Under the pieces are notes generated by a model. The model was not told where the DNA came from. It did no database searches and saw only the letters and a program-made list of their open reading frames with translations. DNA of 64,000 nt, from contig NC_043007.1 of assembly GCF_006345805.1 (NCBI RefSeq), positions 10,292,001 through 10,356,000 on the forward strand, in the 5' to 3' direction. Each line of letters opens with the position of its first letter. Positions within the stretch are counted from its first letter, which is position 1. This DNA is from Octopus sinensis (Eukaryota). This document shows, in pieces, positions 50,258 to 63,000 of the stretch. The translations under genes and the position numbers were made by a program.

Positions 50258-51429
50258 ATGAAGACACATTAGTGACATGAGGTCTTCCATTTTAACAACT
50301 TCTAGCGAGAGACTCTCTCCACCGTTACTAACCTGCTAGAAATTGCAACACAATCACCTTTAAATCACATCATACCATATTAAATAATGAATTCTATACT
50401 GAACAATGTAGAGTGCGATGTATAAAAATTGGAATGGTCATTGTTGATAACTCTTATCCATGCATCTACTCAATCAAGGTCGATCTAGTTCACAGTTATA
50501 CTATATAGAGAAAAGGCCCTGTGCTACAGTTATGAACTTTCAACTATATATGAACATATAGATATATATACATACGAGCAAAACGCCTACCGTCCAATGG
50601 ACGGTGCTGAGTTGTCAAACATTTAAACCAAATTTTCTCAAAAAAACTTGTCCGACTGTCTTCTTTGAGAAACACTGTTTTAACCTAAATTTGAGACTCC
50701 AGCAAAAGAAGAAATAAAGATAGACTTTTTTCTATTCCAAAGAAAAGTGATTTTATTCGCAGAAATATGCATATATATATATATATATATATATACATAC
50801 CTATGACAGAGAGATAGATATTTCACTTTGTTGTCATGAAAGGAAATATGTCCAATTCAATTGGTGGAGCTTATTCAAAATGTAAGAGTGGAGATGACTC
50901 TTCTCCGGATAGTGATCTCAGTCTACTCAACCGGTAGTTACACATACATGCATACGTAGTACATACATACATACATATATACATACATACATACATACAA
51001 GGCAGGGGTCGAAATTTTATTCTGTGATTCAACATACTACTTGGTGTTTATGTTGGTGTGAGAAATAAATGAACAAGGGGAGTGTGTACTTCTTGGAAAG
51101 GTTCGAGGAGGGGGACTCTTTGGAAAAGTCCAAGGACTTGGAGCTGAGGGGGAGGGAGTATTGCCACCCTACCCCTCAGGGACTGTTGAAAGCACCAGGT
51201 ACTACGCACAATAATGAACAAGACTACACCCCATTCGGTAACATCCACCGCACCCGGGGACTATTAAAAACACCAGGCACTACACAAAATTATGAACATA
51301 GACTCTACAAACACCCATACAATCATAACAACCTAATCCCTCAAATTCACCACCCACACAACGGAAATCCTCGTTTTTACACGAATAACCTCTACACACA
51401 CAAAAACAACCAGCATCCCACAACAAACA

Positions 51430-52400
51430 TTTTTGTCACACAGCAGAGGAAACCGATAGCAAGGTGAAACCCGAGACACAGGAGAAACCCATAGTAATCA
51501 ACGTCTCCCGCTTATCCTTATCCGACATTAAGATAGACATCCTCTCCAAAGGATTCAATTTCACACTGATTCCCCGAAAAGCCAATCAAAGTGAAATTAA
51601 AGACAGCGTCTCAGAGTTCTGCGGGAAATTAAGACTTGAGACACTGACCAAATTTGATGATCAGGATGAATCACTGGTCAAGAACAAAAGCGAATACACC
51701 CTCCACAAAGAAAGCGACAGAAGCTTTGATGAATTTTGCAAACACATCGAAAACTTTCACTCTCACACTCTGCACAAACAAAAAACCATCTCAAACCTCA
51801 ACAAAATCCAATGAAAAGAAATTAATGAACTACAAAACAATAAAGAAATTACAATCAAAGAAGCGGACAAAGGTAGCCCAGTGGTAATTATGGACACATC
51901 CTACTACAGAAATCTAGTCATATCCCTACTAAACAACAATGAGTACTATGAAGAAATCAACAACTACAATCCCACCAAAATAGTGAAAAACCACTCTTCA
52001 CTAATGCATACCTACGGGAAAGGCCTCACGAAAAGGGAAGTAGATTTCCTACCAAACTTTAAATACAAACCCAGCCTTTTCTATGGCCTTCCCAAAATCC
52101 ACAAAAGACCAACCATCAATGAAGCCATCAACAAATCACCACACACATACATACAACAACACCAGGAGACTTAAAATTACAACCTATCATAGCTGCCCCA
52201 TTCTGTGAAACACACAGATTAAGTTACTTTATGGATATTCTCCTAAAGCCATATCTAAAACATATTAGAAGGTGTAAAATAGATTATTTAGGCATGCTGA
52301 ACCATCTCCCAGAACAGGTCAGGGAAGAATGCCACATGGTCTCCTTCGATGTTCTAAGCCTATACTCCAACATTTCCACATGATAATGGAATTTCTCCAC
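51430..52400 (+). mobile_element. Degenerate Penelope-like element, RT N-terminal half
   Basis: ILSKGFNF, ADKGSPVVIMD..YY, PSLFYGLPKIHK, MVSFDVLSLYSNI motifs across frameshifts. Confidence 0.85.
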
Positions 52401-52469
52401 GTGCGGTCAACACAACCCCACCATTTATTGATTGATTTATACATATATATATATATATAATATATATAT

Positions 52470-52690
52470 ATATATAAAACTGAGAATGTGTGTCTGTCTG
52501 TCTGTTTCCCTAAAACTTGAGAATTTCAACCAATTTCAATCAAAATTCTCACATGCCTTACTTAGGGTCCAAGTAGTATCATGGGCAAAAAAAGTGTTTA
52601 ATTTCTTGCTTAGAGCGAGCCCACAGCAGTATCATATCTTCTCCACTATTTCAGTATTACGTGTTAAAAGTGAAACAAAAACATCTCTCT
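52470..52690 (+). mobile_element. Helitron-like 5' end
   Basis: TATATATAAAACTGAGAATGTGTGTCTGTCTGTCTG...TTTCAACCAATTTCAATCAAA resembles the 5' part of 673-1470. Confidence 0.45.
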
Positions 52691-53659
52691 ATTGTATGTA
52701 TATGGCTGTATATATATATATATATTACCAAATATAAAGTTATATCTTGAGATCATTAGTGACAACAACGCTCAAAATATATAACAGACTGGAACATTAG
52801 TGCTCAAATGAGCTGTATACAGTTTTTAATCCGAGGGGAGGCAATGCGAGCAGCAACTACAAAAGCACTACAAAATCCACAGAAAGATCAAAACACATAC
52901 GTATATTCATATATTCATTTATACATACAGAACAGACAGAAAGCCCGACGTTTGGAAATATATAAACATCATATAAAAATATATTGTACGTATAAGATCC
53001 ACCCGACGTTCCATAAGAAATTTAGAAATAAAAATTGCAATAAAAGTTAGGGGTAATAATAACAAATGAATTAAATATTGTAAATATAGTAAGTAGTAAT
53101 TAAATATACTTTATTTTATTAAAATGGTAATTAAATCGTAATATAACAATTAAAAGAAAAAATAGCAATTATTATAAAAGGTATCAAGGACTTGAACTCG
53201 AATATGTGGCTTTGCATGAATGGGAGAAATTAAAAGATGAAAAATTTAATTGAGTGCAGAAGTGAATTAGTCCAGATGGGGCTGTGCTCATACCATTTAC
53301 TATAGCTGCTAGATTGAATTATATGCTTATAAAGTAGCATTCAGTATCTATGAGAATTTTTGGGAGTACGTAATGTCTGGTTTTCGCATGTAGCAGGTAT
53401 GTAATCGTGCATATGTTTCCGTGTACTATGTGTTGTGTGTAAAAACATCTTGACGAGGGGAGTGTCAATTTTAAGTATATGATATGTTTCATATTAATTG
53501 ATGCATCTCCGAAACGGCCGTAGATTAACATTTATGTATTTTTGTAAATTTGTATATTTATCTTCTATGTATTTTTCTCTGGAATTTTGATTCTGGAATT
53601 TTGATTATACCAAACTAGCACCATGACCCGGGAACGCCGGCTTATAATGCTAGTATATA

Positions 53660-53688
53660 TACATATATATATACATATACATACATAC

Positions 53689-53739
<51 letters not shown>

Positions 53740-53929
53740 TATACATACATACCTATATATATATATATATATAACATATACATACATACCTATATATATA
53801 TATATATATATATACATATACATACATACCTATATTATATATATATATATATACATATACATACATACCTATATATATATATACATATACATACATACCT
53901 ATATATATATATATACATATACATACATA

Positions 53930-53978
<49 letters not shown>

Positions 53979-54175
53979 CATACATACCATTATATATATA
54001 TATATATATATATATACATACATACCTATATATATATATAACATACCTATATATATTATATATAATACATACCACCTATATATATATATATATACATACA
54101 TACCTATATATATATATATATACAACATACCTATATATATATATAAACATATATATATGTATACATATATAACAT

Positions 54176-54237
<62 letters not shown>

Positions 54238-54310
54238 TAATATAAGATAGAGAGAGAGAGGAGAGAGAGAGAGAGATAATAAAATACATATATATATATA
54301 TAAATACACA
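53660..54310. repeat. Compound (TA)n / CATACATACC low-complexity array
   Basis: Seen directly; further (TA)n at 54550-54762. Confidence 0.95.
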
Positions 54311-54552
54311 TGATAGAGAGATATGACGAACGGAAATATGTCCTATTCATTTGTTTGGGCTCATTCGAAATGTAAGAGTGGAGATGACTCTCCTCCGAAT
54401 AGTGAACTCACTCTACACAACAAGTAGTTACACATGCATACATACATACATAAAGGTTATAGTAATAAATTAGATGGTTATTGAAGATTAAGTCTATTTC
54501 GGCATATTTGGCATCGAAATGTTTTTCTTTTGACTTTGTTTTAGAGTAGTAC

Positions 54553-54744
<192 letters not shown>

Positions 54745-54762
54745 TATATGTATATATATATA

Positions 54763-54980
54763 TGTGGAGGAGCAATGGCCTAGTGGTTAGGGCAGCGGAC
54801 TTGCGGTCGGAGGATCGCGGTTTCGATTCCCAGACCGGGTGTTGTGTGTGTTTATTGACCGAAAACACCTAAAAGCTCCACGAGGCTCCGGCAGGAGGTG
54901 GTGATCCCTGCTGTACTCTTTCACCACTCTAAAAGGCGGTGCTCCAGCATGGCCGCAGTCAAATGACTGAAACAAGTACA
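54763..54980 (+). mobile_element. Chimeric SINE: family C head joined to family B tail
   Basis: 54763-54930 matches the reverse complement of 9330-9503; 54931-54978 is the AAAGGCGGTGCTCCAGC...AAACAAGTA tail. Confidence 0.7.
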
Positions 54981-54982
54981 TA

Positions 54983-55035
<53 letters not shown>

Positions 55036-55064
55036 ATATATGTATGTATATATATATATGTATA

Positions 55065-56200
55065 TATTAAGTGCTTCAGTATTTAGATTACGTTTCCCTA
55101 GATTATGGAACAGCACGTTGCATTACAGAAGAAGTTATTACTTTTTCAATTGATTTTGACAGTCAAGAAAGCTTTAAGGCTGTATTATGTAATGGTACAC
55201 CCGAAAAAACTGGTCATTCAGGAGGGGTAATTAAAATAATTGAATTAACCACATCTGCGTTTGAAAAGCCTGCTACTTACAAATGTGCTTCCATTTCAAC
55301 ACGTATTTGAATCCATAGTTGGAAAAATAACAGGAACATGAATATGAAAAGGCTTAATTGGCAATAAAATTAAAGATGTAAGAAACTTAAAGATAATCAA
55401 ATTTTCTCCAGTAAAAACTAAAGTGAAGGAATTGCCATTAAAATTAGTTGATACTTTAAGCTAAGATAAAAAAAAATATCTGTATAAAATGTGCCTCAAT
55501 ATTGAGACAGGTTTCGTTTCTGAGCAGTTTGCAGGAAGATCACCTGGTAAAATCCATCATGCAAGGTGGCTAACAAGTACAAACAGAATCCTTCGATTAT
55601 ATGTTTCGGAAACAATCCCCAAAAGATTATTATTGATCTTGTTAAAATCATAACGCAAGTGTATGCTCTAAGCTGGTTCTTACTCAATGTTACTCGGAGG
55701 AGCAAGTACTTTTTGGTATATGGCACAGCTAATGCAAGATATGAACCAAGATCATAAAGAAGTTTTGGAGAAATAGTTAAAAACTAGTTAGTATTTTGCC
55801 CATCCAGAGAATGTTTTATCGTCTATGCTGAATGATGGAAGAAGACACATTAATGAAGTAGCAATTCAGCGAATTATTAAAGCAAGTAATTTTCCCCGAA
55901 TGCTCCGTGAAGAATTAAGAAATTTCAAACTGCCAAACAAAATTAATTTTGAAGCATAGGATTAACTAAAAAAATCAAGTTATATCACCCCCACCAGTTT
56001 TACAGAACTTTACAAATGTTGATCATAAAGCTCGTTCAAGACAATTAACAGGAATACTTTTTTCCTGTCATGGCCAAAGAGTCGAGCATGCTATTAATTT
56101 GGAGACAAAAACTTCTGAATCAAAATAGGCTTTGCAAATAGGCACAATTCATATTAAGTGTACATAAATCAAGACAACGTTTGCCTAACTTTGACTGGAA
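55065..56200 (+). pseudogene. Degenerate DDE DNA-transposase, hAT-superfamily-like (possibly hATm type)
   Basis: AVLCNGT.EKTG..GGVIKIIE, NVLPFQHVF, KYLYKMC, PGKIHHARWLTSTNRILRLYVS, YFAHPENVL, CHGQRVEH in collinear order with stops and frameshifts; TIRs not found. Confidence 0.7.
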
Positions 56201-56726
56201 AAACAACGGTCATTTTATTAAATAGTAAATACTATTAATATTTATTTTATGGTGTTCACTATTCATGTATTTCGTTTGAGGTTCGTCCATAGATTTTTTT
56301 TATTGCGTATCATAAAAGTTATTAAGAATTTACGTTTTTTGATGTTGAAAGTCCTTTTCTTAATATAGGTATTTTTTATTTAAAAAAAATGAATACGAAA
56401 TATATAAATACAGATTCCAATAACTGTTCTTTTTTTCAGGTGGGTGAGTGTTGCATATAATTTATAAAGTTATATAGGTAATATTTTAAATCCATTTCCT
56501 TAGTAATTGTAAAGGGACTGATAGAAAGAAGGAAAGAATGAAAGAATTGAGTTAATAATATAGTCCTACAAAATTTAGATATATATATACTTTCGTATAA
56601 GAGAAAAAGTGTACGTACGCCGGTATAATTTTTTTATATAAAAAATACAAAAATTGGACAAGAATGCAAAATATCCAGACAGTTTGATGATACCTATTTC
56701 TGACTGATGCGACCTATCGTTTCCAT

Positions 56727-57935
56727 TTATTTCTGTTTTAGTCTGAAAATTTTTTTAATTTCGTCCATAAAATTCTGGTTCCTGCAGCTGTAAACAATGG
56801 GATTTGTGCAAGAACTGATGTAAAAGCAATGACGTGCGAACCAATAGAAGAATGATGATGGTGTCGACATCGTGTTTAATGACTTCAAAACTGCATCTAA
56901 TATCATGGTACCAAAGGTAGGTAAATAAGTCACTATAAAGGTTACAGTAATCATCATCATCGTTATAGTGGTGCGCTTTATCCTGTCGGGTTGTTCGGTT
57001 GCTCGTCTTTCGTTGTTCGCTTCCCGTAGTTTAGCCCTGAGAGGCGCAATACTTTTTGTATATACCTTTGATATTTCATCTGAGGAAACTTTAGATGACA
57101 TTTTGGTATTTGACAATTCCACTTCTTCTGTAGAAAGATTCGAAGGTAATCGATTAGAATCAATACTTTCTGGTACATTAAGCCACTTTTCTTGAATATT
57201 ATCGGGACAGAGGTTGTTTGTAATACTATTACTATTTTGTTGTTGTTCGACACATTTTGTTTTCTCCCAACCATTCATATGTCGAAGAATTATGATGTAC
57301 AGAATAAAGAGAATAACAAACGTAACCATTGCTAAGAGACTGTAGAAGGCAAAGAATCCAAGTTGATAATAGTTAGGCTTGTAGTTTTTTGCTGAGCAGG
57401 AATAGCTGTAGATACCAGGATAATTAGTTGGTTTCGTGACACTTCCAAAGTAAAGAAGAGTCATAATTCCCTGTGTTGCACAGAAAATAAAAATACAGGC
57501 TGTGATGACTTTCGCAGCTCTCATATTTATTTGAGTCTTCAGTGGTTGGCATACTTTTCTGTATCTCTCTGTTGCAATGGCCAGTAGAAAACCATAGTTA
57601 CAAAGTCCTGTGAATACTGTTAAGCTCATATGGAACTTGCACAATATATCCCAGGTTGTCATCAAAGGGTAAATGTTTTGGACAATACGAGCTGGTGTCA
57701 CACAGGTACATATAATCAAATCAACACACGCCAGCATCACAACAAAGAAATAAGTTGGAGATAATTTCAAACGAAATCCATAAACGTAAATAGTTAAAAT
57801 GTTTCCAACAAAAGCCGTGGTCATAGCTAATGCAATAAGAATAGTAAACGGAAGTCGTATCAAAACTTGTTGTCTGTTGAGTTCTTCGATGGTGATATAC
57901 TCCGTACCGTCTGTTAAATTCGGATATGATGACAT
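56727..57935 (-). CDS. Class A GPCR, paralog 3 (402 aa from MSSY; the open frame extends to 58022)
   Basis: Intact ORF; GN, LACVD, ERY, YSC, FIVTYLP, NPIVY; sequon NLT. Confidence 0.93.
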   Translation of the reverse strand: MSSYPNLTDGTEYITIEELNRQQVLIRLPFTILIALAMTTAFVGNILTIYVYGFRLKLSPTYFFVVMLACVDLIICTCVTPARIVQNIYPLMTTWDILCKFHMSLTVFTGLCNYGFLLAIATERYRKVCQPLKTQINMRAAKVITACIFIFCATQGIMTLLYFGSVTKPTNYPGIYSYSCSAKNYKPNYYQLGFFAFYSLLAMVTFVILFILYIIILRHMNGWEKTKCVEQQQNSNSITNNLCPDNIQEKWLNVPESIDSNRLPSNLSTEEVELSNTKMSSKVSSDEISKVYTKSIAPLRAKLREANNERRATEQPDRIKRTTITMMMITVTFIVTYLPTFGTMILDAVLKSLNTMSTPSSFFYWFARHCFYISSCTNPIVYSCRNQNFMDEIKKIFRLKQK

Positions 57936-57972
57936 CCTTCTCCAATTTAGGGGTGTGTTTTTTCTGTTTAAT

Positions 57973-57998
57973 CTGAATAGGAAAAAATAGAAATAAGG
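57973..57998 (-). other. Putative 3' splice acceptor of GPCR3
   Basis: TTTCTATTTTTTCCTATTCAG|AT, 37 nt before the ATG. Confidence 0.7.
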
Positions 57999-58407
57999 AA
58001 TATTATCCTCAAGCTCCATCATTACTTTGGGATAGACAAATTCATAATCAAACTCTAGGACTTAGATATACACACAACATAGAGAAAATAGTACTAAAAG
58101 GAACTGAACTTACATAGACTACGTTTTACCTTTTACTTGTTTCAATCATTGGATGGCTGTCACTTCTGCTGAACCTTTGGAACTAAGAGAAACCAATGCA
58201 TGTAGTCAATAGGTGTGACAGGGGACAATCACAAACTCAAATACACATGCATAGACACACAGACACATACGTACTGCACGAACATAACATAATTGGAGAA
58301 GAAATATATCAGCAGGGCAAGGAGATAATTTTTTTTTTCTAGTTTCAGCTACATATATTTCTTCCCCACAAAAGACCATTTGAATACACAATAAATTAAA
58401 ACAAGGC

Positions 58408-58500
58408 ACTTACTCAGAGATTTTAGGTTCGTTCGGTAGTTGTGGAGCTCACACAATGATATGAAGCTAAAGCAACAATGTTCTTCATACAAGAATAAGT
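58408..58500 (-). other. Putative non-coding first exon end and donor for GPCR3
   Basis: CTGA|GTAAGT at 58413; predicted intron 441 bp. Confidence 0.6.
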
Positions 58501-58679
58501 GAAAACTCTGGATGTCAGTCTCTCTCTCTATATATATATGTGCACAAACGAACAAAATTCTCGGACCTTGAGTCACGCTGTGGCACCTGCAAAATATTAG
58601 CAATATGTGTGTGTGGGAGGTGGGGGTCGTGAATGTGTGTGTATACATACATCTACGCGCGAATACACACACACACACA

Positions 58680-58730
<51 letters not shown>

Positions 58731-58856
58731 CACACACACACACACGCATTCTTTTCTCCACTTAAGCTTATGAGCTTGCTGTCGTTTAATTTCCTGAAAC
58801 TTGTTTAGCGCATCCTATTATGTTATAGTGTATTTCATTACTACATGAAGACACAT

Positions 58857-59200
58857 GTGAAGGCGTGTGGCTCAGTGGTTAGAGCATCGAGCTTACGATC
58901 GTGAGGTTGTGAGCTCGAATCCCGGACCGGGCTGCGTGTTGTGTCCTTGAGCAAGACACTTTATTTCACGTTGCTTCAGTTCACTCAGCTGTAGAAATCA
59001 GTTGCGACGTCACAGGTGCCAAGCTGTATCGGCCCTTGCCTTTCCTTTGGACAACATCGGTGACGTGGAGAGGGGAGGCCGGTATGCATGGGCGACTGCT
59101 GGTCTTCCATAAAAAAACAACCTTGCCCAGACTTGTGCCTAAGAGGGTAACTCTCTCGGTGCAAACCCATGGTCAGTGTCTGACCGAAGGGGGTCACCAT
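58857..59200 (+). mobile_element. tRNA-derived SINE with 12-bp TSD, duplicate of 49914-50257
   Basis: Same TSD at 58845-58856 and 59201-59212. Confidence 0.9.
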
Positions 59201-59752
59201 ATGAAGACACATTAGTGACATGAGGTCTTCCATTTTAACAACCTCTAGCGAGAGACACTCTCCACCGTTACTAACCTGCTAGAAATTGCAACAAAATCAC
59301 CTTTAAATCACATCATACCATATTAAATAATGAATTCTATACTGAATAATGTAGAGTGCGATGTACAAAAATTGAAACGGTCATTGTTGATAACTCTTAT
59401 CCATGCATCTACTCAATCAAGGTCGATCTAGTTCACAGTTATACTATATAGAGAAAAGGCCCTGTGCTACAGTTATGAACTTTCAACTATATATGAACAT
59501 ATAGATATATATATACATACGAGCTAAACACCCTCGTCCAATGGACGGTGCTGAGTTGTCAAACATTTAAACCAAATTTTCTCAAAAAAACTTGTCCGAC
59601 CGTCCCCTTTGAGAAACACTGATTTAACCTAAATTTGAGACTCCAGCAAAAGAAGAAATAAAGATAGACTTTTTTCTATTCCAAAGAAAAATGATATTAT
59701 TCGCAGAAATATGCAACCGAAGAGTTTACAGTACCAGTAATGATAAGGCTGT

Positions 59753-60095
59753 TCACTTTTCTTGAATATTATCGGGACAGCAGATGTTTGTAATACTATT
59801 GCTATTTTGTTGTTGTTCGACACCTTTTGTTTTCTCCAAACCCTTCATATGTCGAAGAATTATGATGTACAGAATAAAGAGAATAACAAACGTAACCATT
59901 ACTAAGGGACTGTCGAAGGCAAAGCATGCAAGTTGATAATAGTTAGTCTTCTTGTAGTTATTTGTTGAACAGGAATAGCTGTAGATACCAGGATAATTAG
60001 TTGGTTTCTTAATACTTCCATAGTTAAGCAGAACAATACTTCCCTGTATTGCGGAGAAAATAAAAATACAGGCTGTGATGATTTTCGCAGCTTTC
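59753..60095 (-). pseudogene. GPCR paralog 4, 3'-truncated; TM4 to start of ICL3 visible, 5' part in the gap
   Basis: 113 codons KAAKIITACIFIFSAIQG...PDNIQEK* homologous to paralogs 2 and 3; the TGA arises at a deletion junction where paralogs have TGG; not in the ORF track as it lacks a start. Confidence 0.85.
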
Positions 60096-60195
60096 NNNNN
60101 NNNNNNNNNNNNNNNNNNNNNNNNNNNNNNNNNNNNNNNNNNNNNNNNNNNNNNNNNNNNNNNNNNNNNNNNNNNNNNNNNNNNNNNNNNNNNNN
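60096..60195. other. Assembly gap (100 N)
   Basis: Seen directly. Confidence 1.
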
Positions 60196-60254
60196 AACAT
60201 TTTCCTCCTTTTTACTACTTCCGTCTTTTCAGTATGTTGACCTCGTGAAGACGA

Positions 60255-60436
60255 CCTGCAATTTTTTTTTCCTCTGTCCTCCCGTCTCGGGATCTTTCTT
60301 TCTTTCTCTTATGCTTCGACGAAGAGCTCCGCTCGAAACGTCATACCCCTCCTTCTTCTTTTCCTGAGCGCCTAATAATAATAATACTGTAATTGTTCAC
60401 GTGTTGTTGTTTTTTTCTGTTTTCCCGTTTGGATTA

Positions 60437-60440
<4 letters not shown>
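60255..60440 (+). mobile_element. Penelope-like terminal repeat, sister of 19165-19350
   Basis: CGACGAAGAGCTCCGCTCGAAACGTC and TTTGGATTAAC(TA)n end. Confidence 0.55.
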
Positions 60441-60516
<76 letters not shown>

Positions 60517-60556
60517 ATGAATATAAATATCTATATATATATATATATATATATGA

Positions 60557-60588
<32 letters not shown>

Positions 60589-60813
60589 TTAATATAAATA
60601 TATATATTCTATATAATTACTTAATATATATATGAATATATAATATATATATAATATATATATATATTATATATCTATATATATATATATATATATATCT
60701 ATTATATTATATGAATATAAATATATAATGAATATAAATATATATATATATATATATATATGAATATAAATATAATATATGAATACCATATATATATATA
60801 TATATATAATATC

Positions 60814-60854
<41 letters not shown>

Positions 60855-60856
60855 TA

Positions 60857-60898
<42 letters not shown>

Positions 60899-60935
60899 GA
60901 ATATAAATATATATATGATATAAATATATATATAT

Positions 60936-60984
<49 letters not shown>

Positions 60985-60999
60985 TATATATATATATAT

Positions 61000-61034
<35 letters not shown>

Positions 61035-61075
61035 TGTATATATATATTATATATGTATTTATATATGTACATGTA
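60440..61075. repeat. Long degenerate (TA)n / ATGAATATAA array
   Basis: Seen directly. Confidence 0.95.
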
Positions 61076-62912
61076 TATGACGAGCTTCTTTCAGTGTCTG
61101 TCTACAAATTCACTCCTGAGTCTGTGGCCGGCCCGAGGCTGTAGTTGAAGACACTATTAATGTATAGATTGAATTTCGTTGATCTGTTGGCAACTTTTCT
61201 CCCCCGCCTCTTTTGTAGAGGGTGTTACTAATTTTTCTTGTCTCTTTTCACAACTTGTTTGTAGTTTGTAGAGAAAATATTAAACGTGCCTGAAAAGAAA
61301 ACATGGTCTCTGCCTCCTCGCCCCCAACTAAAAGACATGAAAAACTATGAAAGAAGGCCAGTAATTACCGGAGGTGGGGGTATAGAAGAGAGAACTAACA
61401 GTCAATCGTTCTAGAACTCCCAGAATAAAACGTAAACACCTGAAAAACCTTCCCTCTATTCATTACTAAATGTCTTCATTCTTAAAAGTGAAGAAGCTAG
61501 AAAAGATCGATTTTATTTCAGTTTGATTGTCATTGTAGATGACTGATGCTTTCCTTCTTCTGTCTCTGTCTCTTCACTCCGTCCCCTCTGCGGTTAAGAG
61601 AGTGAAGGTGCGTGGCTCAGTGCCTAGGGGATTCGGACCACGATCGTAAACTCACGAGTACGATTCCCTGCGGCGCGCTGTTATTTTTTGAGCAAGGTAC
61701 TCTACTTGACTTGCCTGCAGCAGTCCACTTAGCTGGCAAAAATGAGTTGTAGCTGAAATTCAAAGGGGCCAGCTGTATCACATTCTGTGTGAGGCTGAAT
61801 CTCCTTGAGAACTACCTTATGGTATGCATGTCTGTGGAGTACTCTCAGCTACTTGCGCGTTAATTTTACGAGTAGACTGTTCGTTGATCAGATAAACGGG
61901 AACCTCGTCGTCGTAATCGACGGAGTACCATTCTTTAAAAAGAGTGAAAAAAAGGAAATATTCTATACCATAAGGCAAAAATGTCATGTTTTTAGTATAA
62001 GCAGTGAAAGCTAAGAGGAAATAATTGCTATTCCGTCCTGTATTCGCGCCCACGACTCGCGCTCAGTTTGATAACAACAGCCTGCACATCAGTGTTTATG
62101 AGAGGGCTTGGCCTCTACCTCTGTGAGACCCAAACTGCCGCTGTTAGAACCTGATTAACTTCCATGGTGACCCTAACGACTAAAAAGATTTTCCTGCTCC
62201 TATATAGGATCTTTTTTTTCGTTTTCTTCCAACCCTTGAAAGTTCATCTTGCTCCAGTCCACTCAGCTGGCCAAAATGAGTTGTAGTTGTAATTCAAAGG
62301 GCCAGCCATGTCATGTTCTGTGTGAGGATGAATCTGTCTCAGAACTACGTTAATGATATGCATGTCTGTGGAGTACCCAGCCATTTGCGAGTTAATTTTA
62401 TCCTCTTGTGGTAAAGAAAAGTGAAATTGACACCCAATATTTGCTATGTCTATGTATCTATGTATCGACATTTCTTTGGTATTATGTATCTACTGTCTCT
62501 CTCACTTTCTTACTCTTTCACATCCTCTGTGCCTCTCTTCACTCCCGCCTTTGATTTAAAATGTATGTATGTATTTATGTACCTATTTCTCTTGCGATAT
62601 GATAAACACCTAAAACATAAAACGAACTCCGTCAGCACTCACGCTCAGGTGCATACAAAAAGAACAAATTGGCATATTATTGATGATGATGATGATGATG
62701 ATGATGATAATAATAATAATAAAATAATAATAATAATAATTAATAATAATAATATAATAATAATAATAATAATAATAATTATTATTATGACAAGAAGAAG
62801 AAGAAGAATGATTTATGACCAAAGAAATATATTCTGTGTATCGTATGTGACAAACAGGCTATATTTCTTTACCATAAAGACCATTTGAATACACAATGAA
62901 ATAAAGCAAGGC

Positions 62913-63000
62913 ACTTACTCAGAAATTATAGGTTCGTTCGGTAGTTGTGGAGCTCACACAATGATATGAAGCTAAAGCAACGATGTTCTTCATACAGGAA
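62913..63000 (-). other. Putative non-coding first exon end and donor for GPCR4
   Basis: CTGA|GTAAGT at 62918 in the paralogous block. Confidence 0.5.

Larger units (their letters stand above)
47260..50770 (+). repeat. Upstream/intronic block of GPCR2, paralogous to 61080-63850 and in part to 58345-59713
   Basis: Colinear high similarity over more than 3 kb including shared SINEs, microsatellites and the splice-donor block. Confidence 0.9.
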
